Source: Octopus sinensis
Lineage: Eukaryota
Direction: 5' to 3'
Assembly (NCBI RefSeq): GCF_006345805.1
Contig: NC_043010.1
Span: forward strand, 29,636,001-29,700,000
Length of the DNA: 64,000 bases
The translations under genes and the position numbers were made by a program. The notes beneath the pieces were generated by a model that was not told the origin of the DNA, ran no database searches, and saw nothing but the letters and a program-made list of their open reading frames with translations. Every line of letters begins with the position of its first letter. Within the stretch, counting starts at the first letter, position 1. Below, piece by piece: positions 37,574 through 50,098 of this stretch.

Positions 37574-37601
37574 GTGTTTCCATTATTTTGTCCAACTCCT
37601 G
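37574..37601. repeat. Right TIR of the Tc1-like element followed by TA
   Basis: gtgtttccattattttgtccaactcctg|ta; no left TIR found. Confidence 0.8.
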
Positions 37602-40142
37602 TATATATACACACACAACAGGCTTCTTTCACTTTCCATCAACTAAATCCCACAAGGCTTTGGTCAGCATGTAACTATAGTAGAAAACATTTACCCAAGG
37701 TATCACACAATGGGACTGAACCCAGAGCTACATTGGGAAGCAAGCTTCTTACTACCCACCCATGCCTGTATGAAAATTATGTTTCATAAATTCTTTTCCT
37801 GTGAAATTTAAACCAAAAAGTAGAATATCACCATCTTCTCTGTAAAAAAAAAAATCATGGTAACAAAAGAAAGAATTTTAAAAAATAAGACACAGGAGAA
37901 AATGCAATCACTGAATACACAACAATTTTAATGAATTTTCTTTATCATTTTGGCATTTCTATTCCCAACCCCCTAAATACATGTCTGAGTGATCAACATA
38001 ACATAGAATATCTTTACATAAAATAAATATATCAGCATGTTTTTCAAGATAAATATCAAAATGTTTCAGCATATTATATATTTATTTTTATATTTATATT
38101 TATATAATCTTTATTTTTGGCATTTGTAAATATTGATTGACAGAAAAACTTATATTTCACAGATGAAATATAAACATGTTTTTACACTAAAAGTGTTTTA
38201 TATTTATACACCATAAGTGTTTACATATATAATACTCACACACAGTCTCAATTTTTTTTTGCATATCTAAATATATGATGTGGATTTTTGCCTATATCAT
38301 TTGTACATACGTGTGTGTGTGTATACATGTGTGAAAAAAAACATACACACACAAATAGATAACCAATGTTTAGATTGGGGAGCAAAGCTATAAATTATTA
38401 ATATTATTTATCAGAATCTTTTAAAAATTTATCTGAAATCCTTGTGAGATTTATTGTTTAGTCTTAGGTTAATCCTAATCCAAGAGTATAAATCTTCCTG
38501 TTTTCCTCATTCACAGAAAAATTAAGGCTTTTCCTAACATTAAATATCATTTAACCTGATGCTGTTCTGTCTCAGTTCTCAAAACACTCATGTTTGATGT
38601 AATGCTGACAATGACTAACATCTTTTGTTATTAGCTTCCCAACTGCTCATAACTCTCATAGATCTTTACCAATGTACAGAATATCACCCCAACAGTGAAC
38701 CTCTATAAAGTTGATTGACCTGCTAGATATAGTAACCAAATCTCCTTCAAATTACACTTAAATAGCTGGAAAACAAGACAGATACATTGGATAATATAGT
38801 CCTATATATCTTCTAAAAAGGACAGGATGGTGTCAGCTGGATCACATTTGATCCTAGATCTGCTGTATCAGAACTGACATGGAGCTAAACAATAAACCAT
38901 CTCATGATAAAGATTTTAGATATTCTAAAATGGGATTTCTGATAATCTAGGAATTATTTGCAGCTCTGTTCTCCCATCCCAAACATGGCTTATATTTAAA
39001 AAGAAGTGCCCAGCCACTCCTTCAGTTTGTGAACAAATTCCCAGTTAAAAAAACCTTGCAATGCAAACTGATTTGTGGTGGATTCAACTGAAAGACCCAC
39101 ATCCTCAATGTACCTTTTTTTACAAGGCCAAAATAAAGTTTAGCTCTGTGAAGGACTTAAATTTACTTTATAGTGGTATGTTGTTCTTATATTTCCCCTA
39201 CAAGGTCCAGTTTTTGTTGCAGTGTAGTGGCTTGTGTCCCTCAATGACCCTTAAATCTATGCCAGTGGAATGCAAACTCCTCGTAAGCCCTCACATACTG
39301 GAGAGTCAAAGGGTAGAGGCCAGACTAATATGGACCACCATTTCACAGCAATTGACCTGCTATATATAGTAACCAAATCTCTTTCAAATAACACTCAGAT
39401 CCCTATCTAGAAAAAGCAAAGTTACAGGAGCAAGACCTAGGAGAGGGACAGCCCAGAGTTGAGAACAGCCACCAATGGCCTATATTTCATAAGGAGTAAA
39501 GGGCTTAAGAAGTTAAGTTACCATATTTAGAATAGTAGCAGAAATGTAGGGTAAATTTAAAGTTGTAGAGAACCAAGTCTGGAATTTCAAGTTAAATTCA
39601 TAGATGAAACCATTTTATTTCACACCAATGTTTTTAAGAAGTTCACTTTGCAGCTGCCTTGTTACAGATTCAAGCTCACTGTCCAGTACTTTGGACAAGA
39701 ATCTTCTACCATAACCTACAGCTCACTGATGATTTGAGAGTGAAACTTGGTAGATGAACTCCATGAAGAAACCTGTTGTGTGTGTGTGTATGTCTATGCA
39801 TGCACGTGTGTGTGTGTGTGTTTGTTTGTATATCTTTTGTCAATGTATATCAACAAAAATGTGAACATCAGTGAAAAAAGAAATCAATAAAGTCCCTTGT
39901 AATATTTGTTCTGCATCAGTTTGCAGACACTTTCTTTGTCAGAAATACAATAAAACTGTGATAAGTATGTCAGAAACTTGTAACCAATAATGCTTTCTTT
40001 CACCCATTGCAATGTAATATATATATACACATACACATCAATTTAATCACAAATATACTTGAGAAAGGCATTTATATCATTGTTGTACACATGTGAGGCC
40101 TTGGTTTTATAAGTGGAGTCATTTTATATTTTTTATATATAT

Positions 40143-40345
40143 ACCAGAGTAAGCACATAAATGTGAAACAAGGTGGAAAAAAGAGTACTCAAATACCAAA
40201 GGTAGAGTAATATGCTTTATTTAAAAGCAGCAGAAATATAACAAAAGCTGTTACTCGGAGTTTCATGGACAAAACTGTCCGACGAACGGGAGCGTGAAAC
40301 TCCGAGTAACAGCTTTTGTTATATTTCTGCTGCTTTTAAATAAAG
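40143..40345. mobile_element. Miniature Penelope-derived inverted pLTR pair. Perfect 51-bp arms 40215-40265 and 40295-40345; tail 40143-40214 on the minus strand
   Basis: Same architecture as 34061-34748: hammerhead, AATAAA, tail on one arm only, (AT)n flanks. Confidence 0.8.
40270..40318 (+). ncRNA. Minimal type I hammerhead ribozyme, U4C core variant, short stem III
   Basis: CAAAA-CUGU-CCGACGA-ACG-GGAG-CGU-GAAAC-UCCGA-GUA-ACAG-C-UUUUG; GUA at 40306-40308. Confidence 0.65.
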
Positions 40346-40842
40346 TATATATATATATATTGTTTGTTTTACAGCTGATCTTTAGAAACATATGTCAGTC
40401 ATACAATATCATTCATTCTCTCTGAGTTAGTGAAAACGTGTCGTTTCTAGATGTAGGTGTGTGTAGAGGTACTGTGATTATGCATTCTGCAGTTAATACC
40501 CTCACATTTATCATTCCTCTGAGAAAATCCTTTCTGCTACCACTATTATCACCACCATCACTGCTCATTAAGTAATTTCAAAGTGAGAACAGACTTTTAA
40601 TGTTTGATTTTATGCCTGTTTATCAAACAATGAAATCAATTACTTGACATTTCATAATCAAAGAGAACTGATGACCACCAATCTGTTGATATCGGGGTTT
40701 TTAGCCTAAAATACTTGTCTTTTTTTTTTCCTCACAACAAAATAATTTACTCTTTGGGAACTGTTTGCATTACTATTAACTGACAAAACACTGATGTATT
40801 GCCTCCGGACTCTATTGTTTCACTATTGGTATCAAGGTTTAA

Positions 40843-41046
40843 CCCTTTAGCATTTAAACTGACCATATCTGGCACAAATATTTTACTTGTTTTATGTTCA
40901 AATTGATTAGATCTAGACTCTCACAACTACCCTACAATATCATTCTAAAAATAAACAATCACATCATTCAAAATCTTTAAGCTACAATTCAAAACAATGT
41001 GAACAAATAAGCATTACATTTGATTGAATAATCTGAATGCTAAAGG
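40843..41046. mobile_element. piggyBac-type MITE
   Basis: TTAA TSD at 40839-40842 and 41047-41050; TIR ccctttagcatt / aatgctaaagg. Partial copies near 44930-45130 and 56495-56685. Confidence 0.85.
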
Positions 41047-43004
41047 TTAAGGAAGGATTGTGTTCATACCTTTCTTTCAGGGAACATCAGCAGTGTGACT
41101 GAAATCAGATCACAAACAAACCTTGTTTGCCATGAGCTAACTATTTGTATAACAGTACTCACCATGTATTTCAGGTACATGCCAAGCGCTACCTCACATT
41201 AACTTCAATACTAATTCATAATGTAAACAAAAAAACAAAATACCCAAAATATATTTTTGTTTCATTGAAGGATAAAGTGGATGTAGTGGGGGGCTTTGTA
41301 ATAATGATATGGCAGACTGAAGTGGTTTTGCTCAAACTGTGAACATTAAGAACTTTTTTGTTACTTTGCTATGCTAATTTATCATCTTTAAAATATTATA
41401 CTTCACTTCCAAGGAAAATGAGAAACTACTATCAAGCTAACCTACTGCCACAAATTATCTATAGCTATTGTTCTAACACTGAACTTTGCTCTCACTCTTC
41501 CTCTTAGACAGCACCATAGCATGTATAAATTCAAATCTTATAGAAACAGATTTATTCCCCCACCCACCTCAAGTAGCCTCACCAACAAGGGAACCGTGTG
41601 TGACTACTCAGTACACTAGAGATATAAACTGCAGCGTGCAGTTCTAGATAGCCTGAAAAAGTTGGAATGGTCATGGTTGGAATATTATTTGATCACACCT
41701 CCGCTCAATTAGAGTTGATCTGGGACTAAATAAGAATAAAACGAAATAGTTATTTTTCTTTAATGGCTTCATCAGGAAGGGCAATGCAATAGTGTTTTTC
41801 ACTGGCACCATAACTGGTGGAAGGAAGGAAATTATCCTGACAAAGACCTGACCCAAATGATTGCCACTAGTGGCCTATCACTAAATACACATAAAAACCT
41901 GGTGTTGATGTCACACTGAGCAATGGATTAAAGTTTTAAAAGCAGTTCAAATAAGTTTCCATCAACAAAAATTTCAGTTACAAAGCTTTGGTCAATCCAA
42001 GGATTATAGTAATACACACTTACCCTAAATGTCAATGAATGAGATTGGACCTACAACCATGTTGCTGCCAAAATAATAACCTTCTTAACCACACATTCAT
42101 GCCTGTACTTGGACTCAAGTCACCAGGAGGTTGCACTGCATTTTTCTAATATTTAACAATGTGAAATTCTACCTAAATTTTATATATTTCAATGAGACAC
42201 AAAGTCAATTACTGCAGCAAGGAGTGGGTAACAATCCATGAGTGTATACCATATTGTAATTACTATTCCTAGTTTTATCAAGTCTGGAGGAAAAGAAAAT
42301 GTAAAACTAAAATACCAATCATAAGTAATTGATAAGAATTGTTTTGTCTCATGTGGTAAATATCAAGATGTTACATGAGTAAACACCAGCCATTTGTATG
42401 GCTTTACAGCATTAGCAAGCAACTGTATTGCACTTGCAACAAGATATTGCACCGGCAACACTATATTTCATTAGTAACTAGTTATACTGTAACTACATTG
42501 ACAGTATTTTGAAGGTAATGGATTGGCTAAAATGTTAGCAAATTAGACAAAGTGCTTTGGGGTAGACATTTCTTCAGGTTCATTAAATTCTGAGTTCAAA
42601 TCCCACCAAGGTCAATTTGGTTTTTCATCCCTCCATGGTTGATTAAATGACATGCAGACGTGGATGGTATTAATTAACTCACAAGTCCCAGCTTCAAAAT
42701 TGCTGTCATTGTGTCATTATTAGAAGCAATATATCAATAACTTTCTGCCAATATTCTAAGCATTTACAGATTTTTGTTTCTCAATCCCTTAATCAACAGC
42801 AGTAACTGCTGACTCTGTTAAGCACCTCCATGAGCAGTGAGAGGAAGAAATTCTTCTCAGGCTTGATACCTGAATGACTGCAACAGAATGGATTGCACTA
42901 AAGTTTTGGTGGAGGCAGCGACAGTGATGGTGATGGCTGGTAGTATTAAACCATGCAGTGGTTTAAGTCTACCATTGTCCTACATATTTTCTATCATCCA
43001 TTCT

Positions 43005-43229
43005 TATTTCTTTATTGCCCACAAGGGCTAAACATAGAGAGGACAAACAAAGACAAAGGAATTAAGTCGATTGCATCAACCCAGTGCATAACTGGTACTT
43101 GATTTATCAACCCCGAAAGGATGAAAGACAAAGTCGACCTCAGCGGAATTTGAACTCAGAACATAACAGCAGACGAAATACCGCTAAGCATTTCGCCTGG
43201 CATGCTAACGTTTCTGCCAGTTCGTTGCC
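43005..43229 (-). mobile_element. Family A SINE, full length, with TSD
   Basis: tttctatcatcca at 42988-43000 and 43230-43242. Confidence 0.9.
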
Positions 43230-44322
43230 TTTCTATCATCCACTCTACAAAATACCATCCACAAAGCCTTGGTCAATGCAAGCCCTTAGCAGATAATAAT
43301 GCTGATGATGACATCAACCAATCAGGATTCATAGTACATCCATTTGATCGAATACAAAACATGGCTCAGAAAACCCCTATTCCAGTGATTTTTCCCAAGT
43401 CACTAGCTCATCATCATATGCTAATCCACCATAAAGTTACCCATTTGCAGCTGAATGGACTGGAGCAATGTGAAACAAAGTGATTTGCTCAAGAAAACAA
43501 CTCACAGCTGGTCTGCAAACCAAAATCACAATTTCACAATCATGAGTGCAACACCCTAACCATTAGGCCACAAGGGGTGTTATTAATGGAACAAAATGTA
43601 TTATGTTAACCAATTAATTAATTTAACATAAGATTTCACTTCCTTTATTGACTTGCAATTGGAAGATTAGGTTGAAGTTTGTAATTAGAGAAAACACTGC
43701 ATAACTTAACCCTGTTTATTATGTAAACACAAATGATACATAGACATGCACACAGCTATACACCTACATACAGACACAGACACATTTTTTATGTTTAACT
43801 TGTTTCAGTCATTGGACTGCATTCATGCTGTGGCACTACCTTGAAGGGTTTAAATGAACAACTCAACACCATACATATTTTTAAGCCTGGTAGTTATTCT
43901 ATCAGTCTCTTTTGTTGAATTGCTAAGTTATGGGGAAATAAACAAGCCAACACTGGTTGTCAAGCAGTAGTGGGGCACAAACAACAATACACACACACAT
44001 GTATAAGATGGACTTTCGCACAGTTTCTGCCTACCAAATCCACTTACAAAGCATTAGTCAACCTGGAGCTATAGTAGAAGACTGGTGCTGTGCAGTGGGA
44101 CTGAACCTGAAACCATGTGGTTGCAAAGCGAGCTTCTTAACCACACAGACCTGCCTTATATATATATATGTACACACACACATATAAGTATATACTTATA
44201 CATATATATATATATTTCGATGGGTGAATGAATTATCCTATGTTTACCATTAACATGGAAAATGTCAAAAGTAAAGGAATTTTATTAACATCTTCGTTCA
44301 ACTCCATTTATTTATTTATTCA

Positions 44323-44356
<34 letters not shown>

Positions 44357-44368
44357 CACACACACAAG

Positions 44369-44410
<42 letters not shown>

Positions 44411-45175
44411 TGTATGTATATATCTGTTAATTTATATGGAAAAAAATATACCTAAATATGGTTTCATTTCCTATGTGGTGACATGTACACACACTCTCTC
44501 TCTCTCTCTCACACATACACACACACACCAATCAAAGACCATGTTTCAGGAAACATATTTGATCTAACATGCCAGCTGGCTTATATATCAAACCTGTCTT
44601 AATATGTACAATCTATGGACTCCTCAATAAATGGTTGGCTGAACTGAAGTCTCACAAGACATATCGGAACTAAACAAATATAAAATAAGAGGCTGTTGAA
44701 CCCTCATTCGTCAACATTTGACTCTAGACACGTGCTATATATAATTTTATTGACCATTTCTGTACCATAAAATAATCAAAAAGCAGTGTGCATGCACACA
44801 CACACACACACAATGGTATCGTTTCAAAAACAAGAACATATTGATAATTAAACCTTAATTATTTTTGTTTATTTAATCATGTTTCAAAAAGTCTAACGAA
44901 TAGAAAGAATTTTCTATTCTTTAAATGACCACCCTTACACAGCCAAAATAGTCTATTTGCTCTGTTTGAACAGGCCAGATGATCTAACTTTGTCACATCT
45001 ACCCTACTCTGTCATTCTAAAAATAAATAATCACATCATCAAAATCTCAAAGCCATAAGATAATGCGTGATTAATTCAAAATGATGTGAATAAATAAGCA
45101 TCACATTTGACAGAAAAATCTGAATGCTAAGAACCAAACATGAATTTTTAAAATCATTTATTCAGTTCAATTACT

Positions 45176-45535
45176 CTTTTACTTGTTTCAGTCATTTGAC
45201 TGTGGCCATGCTGGAGCACTGCCTTTTTAGTCGAGCAAATCAACTCCAGGACTTATTCTTTGTAAGCCTAGTACTTATTCTATCGGGTACGTAAACACAC
45301 CAGCATCGGTTGTCAAGCGATGTTGGGGGGACAAACAAAAGACACACAAACATATACACACACACATACACGACAGGCTTCTTTCAATTTCCGTCTACCA
45401 AATCCACTCACAAGGCTTTGGTCAGCCCGAGGCAACAGTAGAAGACACTTGCCCAAGGTGCCACGCAGTGGGACTGAACCCGGAACCATGTGGTTGGTAA
45501 GCAAGGTACTTACCACACAGCCACTCCTACGCCTA
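45176..45535 (-). mobile_element. Family B SINE, well preserved
   Basis: tRNA head aggcgtaggagtggctgtgtggtaag...ggttcagtccc; short flanking direct repeat aattact. Confidence 0.9.
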
Positions 45536-46847
45536 AATTACTGATTTACCAATAATGTCATCATCACTTAATTGAAGAACATTTAAAGTATATTATTTTT
45601 CTAAAACTTGGTAGAGTAACTGTAATTTCTCAAAACAGAATTACATCTCTGAGACTAAATCTATAAGTTTGACATTCCTGGATTCCCTTTGTTGAATATT
45701 TATTTTGATCCATTTCTATGGGTTTTTCTGTCACATTTAACCCTTCTGATGTCAACCCACCTGATACTACCCCTGGCTCTGTAGTACAAATCTTGTTTTC
45801 AAAATGTCTGAATTAAAATTTTCCACCAAAACTTAGTCTTAATTTAAGTTCCTAACACTAGTTTAATAATAACAAAGTTATTTTACAAAATTGTTTATGG
45901 TAACAAAAAAGTTAAATCTGTGGATTGTACTAGCTACTGCAGGACTCAGATTTCTTGGATTTAGACAACTTTCTTGAATATTCATGCAGTACACTTCATG
46001 TAATATTGTAAAGACCCATAACTGACTTAAATGACTCTTGGCAACTAAAAATATGGGTTGTGCTTTTCATGACACCCTTTATCTAATAAATATATAGAAT
46101 TTCCTTCTTTTCCAGACATGCAGCACCAAACTATGACACTGCTACTACCATATTTAGCTACTGGAATTATATGTTTTGAGTATACAGTCAACCACCAGAG
46201 TTGATTTCAGCTCATCTGTCTACAAGATTTTAGACAGCCTGGCAATATCCAATTCTAATACATTTGACTTAATGATTCTGAGTTCAAATTCTGCTAGGCT
46301 CAACTTTGCTTTGCATCCTTTCGAGGTCAATTAAATACACAGCAATAGGGTACTAGGATTGATGTAATCAACTATACCTGTCCCATAAAATTTCAGACCT
46401 TATGCCTATAGTAGAAAGACATATAATATATATTATAGCATAGTTATTAAAATGCAATATTGAGTACTAAAATTATAATATATTATCTAGAACGCTTGTA
46501 AATTAAATAGTTTTTTTTTTGTTTGTAGCTTCATCATTTCTGCCAGCACAGTAATTAAAAATTCTCATGCTTAAACTTAATCCATTTAAAAGATCAAAAG
46601 TTCTGTTTAATCATGGATCATTTGATTTATAATTGATTACATAAATACACTTCAATAATATTTAGGTATTAGTGAATTAAGTAATGCCACCATTGTGTGT
46701 GTACGTCTACATGTGCATGTGTGCAAGTGTATGCATATGTATGTTATTCATTCATGTATATGTCTATCTATCTATATATTGTTAGATAAATAGGTATATA
46801 AGATATAATTTACAGCATACATGTGTACAGTTAAAAATATATCCATA

Positions 46848-46881
<34 letters not shown>

Positions 46882-47002
46882 AATGCAAACATTGGACATA
46901 CACACATATAAGTATATATGTAATTATGTCCAAATGTATGTTTATATATACATGCTTGTGTTTGTGTATGTGTGTGTGTGTGTGTGTGTTTATATATATG
47001 TG

Positions 47003-47034
<32 letters not shown>

Positions 47035-47070
47035 ATATAATATATATATATATCAATCAGTTTTTTTTGT

Positions 47071-47309
47071 TTATAAAAACATAAAAATGGAGAAGAAGCA
47101 CACTGTAAGAAGTAGAGTAATCTATATTTATCATTGGTGAAGGCCTGTTTACCTTAGGATTCTTGCCATGAGTATCCTTATGGCATAACATCAGACCCTA
47201 ATACTTGTTGGCCTATAGCCTCTTTATTATAGAATTAGGGTCTGATAATACACCATAAGGATATTCTTTATGGCAAGAAACCCAGAGTAACAGGCCTTCA
47301 CCAGTGATA
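47071..47309. mobile_element. Older palindromic element (arms 47129-47202 and 47234-47309) with a one-sided tail; probably the same Penelope-derived class
   Basis: Imperfect inverted arms; the tail contains tagagtaa like the 40 kb element; the right arm has CTGATAA...ccataa/ttatgg...GAAAC-ccaga-GTA. Confidence 0.6.
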
Positions 47310-47557
47310 TATATATATATACATAAGTCATCTAAACGTTCATAAATCAGGAAAAAGATGCACTCATATATCTGTGAATAGAGTGGGTATATTAATTATC
47401 TGAAGTGTGCAGTATTATGGTGACAATAGAGAGCAGTCACCATACTTCATTCCCTATCGGATTGTTACCTAATACTCCAGTGTACCACTTGCATGAAACC
47501 AATTGGTAAGATTAGCTGTAATGGATGTAAAATACTGTACACTTTGGATAAATATAC

Positions 47558-47588
<31 letters not shown>

Positions 47589-47685
47589 AATATATATATG
47601 CAGATAGATAGATAGATAGATGTGTGTTTATACATATATACAATATATATGTGTATGCATATATGCGCATATATATATATATTCT

Positions 47686-47915
47686 GGCGGCGAGCTGGCA
47701 GAAACGTTAGCACGCCGGGCGAAATGCGTAGCCGTATTTCGTCTGCCGCTACGTTATGGGCTCAAATTCCGCCGAGGTCGACTTTGCCTTTCATCCTTTC
47801 GGGGTCGATAAATTAAGTACCAGTTATGCACTGGGGTCGATATAATCAACTTAATCCGTTTGTCTGTCCTTGTTTGTCCCCTCTGTGTTTAGCCCCTTGT
47901 GGGTAGTAAAGAAAT
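47686..47915 (+). mobile_element. Family A SINE, youngest-looking full-length copy
   Basis: CpG-rich intact head ggcggcgagctggcagaaacgttagcacgccgggcg through the 3' end gggtagtaaagaaata. Confidence 0.92.
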
Positions 47916-48174
47916 ATATATATATATATTCTTTTACTTGTTTCAGTCATTTGACTGCGGCCATGTTGGAGCATCACCTTTAGTTGAACAAATCGACCGC
48001 CCAGAACTTATTCTTTCTGAGCCTAGTACTTATTTTATCAGTCTGTTTTGCCGAACCACTAAGTTACGGAGATGCACCAACATTGGTTGTCAAGCAATGG
48101 TGGGGGAACAAACACAGACACACAAATATATATATATATATATATACACACACATATATATATATGTATGTATG

Positions 48175-49044
48175 TAGTTGAAATTTACAGGAAAACAGAA
48201 GATGAAGACAGGTGTATAAGCAACAAGCAGGTGTATTAGTTTGACGCACAGGAAGATGAGAATGTCTTTTACATTTTGAACCTACGCTCTTCAGCAGAAA
48301 GAAACAAGAAGAAATAAACAGAGAGAAGAAAAAGACTTGTGGAGTTGGCGGTCAATCATAGTAACAGGTTGGACAAAGGTAGTTAGACAGAAGAGCTAGG
48401 AAGAAGGGGAGACAATAAAGTACTGGTGATCCCAAAACAAAGATGCATGTACATGTGTGTATGTGAGAGTGTATAAGTGTGTGTGTGTGGATAGGGACTG
48501 GTGACTTTGACTTGTGGATGATGGTGTGGGTGCTGAGAAGTGGCCAGTGCTAGTGTGTGTGGATGGAAGGGGTATCAATGAAGGGAGAAGGAGGGTAGGA
48601 GTGAAGAGAGGAAGTAAGTGTTAGATGAAGAGAAGAGAGGAGGGGAGGGAAGTTGAGCCCATGTGGTGCAAAGGAGTGAAGAGAGAAGGTTAATTCCAGT
48701 TCATGGCGAGACAGGAGTCCAGATGGCCCGTGCAAAGACAATCTCAACACAGACATGTGTTGTGATGAATGACTGGTAGAGCAGAAATGGTGCAAGACCG
48801 GGGTGTCATTGCCAAGTCTAATGTCTCAGGTGCTCCATGAACTGATCAGCCAAACAGCATCCCATTTGACTGATGTACAGCGAGGGACAGAAAGAGCAGG
48901 AGCTGCAATAAATGATGTTCTAAGAAGTGCAGGTAAGGGAGCCAGTGATATGATAGGGACAATGGTGGGTGCCTGTGAGGATGTTGGTGTTGGAGAGGTA
49001 GGGGCAAGTGCAGCAGTGTGGGAACGAGCCAGGTTGGGAGGTAC
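48175..49044 (-). pseudogene. Penelope-like element remnant: Cys-rich linker, GIY-YIG endonuclease and 3' pLTR
   Basis: The minus strand translates PGSFPHCCTCPYL...ITGSLTCTS*NIIYCSSCSFCPSLYISQMG...FMEHLR, and further on LELTFSLHSFAPHGLN. Degenerate hammerhead-like CTGAAGA...AAAAT-GTA at about 48264-48301. Confidence 0.85.
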
Positions 49045-49376
49045 AACAGGCTTCTTTCAGTTTCTTTCTACTAAATCCACTCACAAGGCTTTAGTTGGCC
49101 CGAGGTTAAAGTAGAGGACACTTGCCCAAGGTGCCACACAGTGGAACTGAACCCAGAACCATATGGTTGGGAAGCAAGTTTCTTACAACACAGCCAAACC
49201 TACACCTCTAGAGAAGCCTTAAGCCAACAGGTTTTGGGATCTAATATGAGATAAAGCTAAACCCTTTACGGACATGAAACCTAAGGTAATCCCATAAACT
49301 GGCCTTATCTAACTTTAATATATACTGTTCTATAGCTTAGTGTGCTTCATTTTTCAGATTTATATTTTTACAGATG

Positions 49377-49408
<32 letters not shown>

Positions 49409-49913
49409 ACATATATAAAGATTTATATATATATATATCTTATCATCATCATCATTTAACATCCATTATCCACGCTGGCATAAGTTACATATATATATAT
49501 AAGCTTTATTTCTAAATTATACTGCACCTTATACCTAGTCAAAAGAAATTATAATTTCTAAATTATATAAATACATCTTATACATTAGACATAAATACAA
49601 TATATATATACATATGTGTGATTGTGAGTGAGTGTAAAACATTAACATTGTCTTTGTATGTGTATATATACACACACATATATTTACACACATTTGAGGC
49701 CAAACATGCGTGTGTGTGTGTGTGTGTGCAATGCATTCACACGTATGAGTTGATATCTTACCACATTCTAAAAATTCATTTAAAAAATCAAGTATGAATT
49801 TGAAAAAGAATCTTTGCAACATGTCTGATATTGGGGATCCTTTGATGGTGTTTCTTGTAAAAGATAGAGTGGAGCAATCTGTATAAGTGATGAAACAATC
49901 TCTATGGTTTCTA

Positions 49914-49919
49914 TTTATT
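49914..49919 (-). terminator. Candidate polyadenylation signal of ZNF-B
   Basis: AATAAA on the minus strand about 180 nt after the TAG stop. Confidence 0.45.
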
Positions 49920-50098
49920 CACATTTTCAAACTCTAACATAAGGAGATTGGTTTTTCTCTCCATCGTAGACGTTGAGAATTTTAAGGAAGTGGCCAACTG
50001 CTGAGGGGTTATCCAGTGTCACAAACATGAATGACTTGGCTTTCATAATTACATCTGCACTAGCTGGAAAGGTAATGTTTAATAACTTGCAGTCAGAC

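Noticed and set aside
39720-39760. CTGATGA...GAAAC...GTA
   Set aside because: Aligns colinearly with a decayed family B SINE; stems do not form; chance match.
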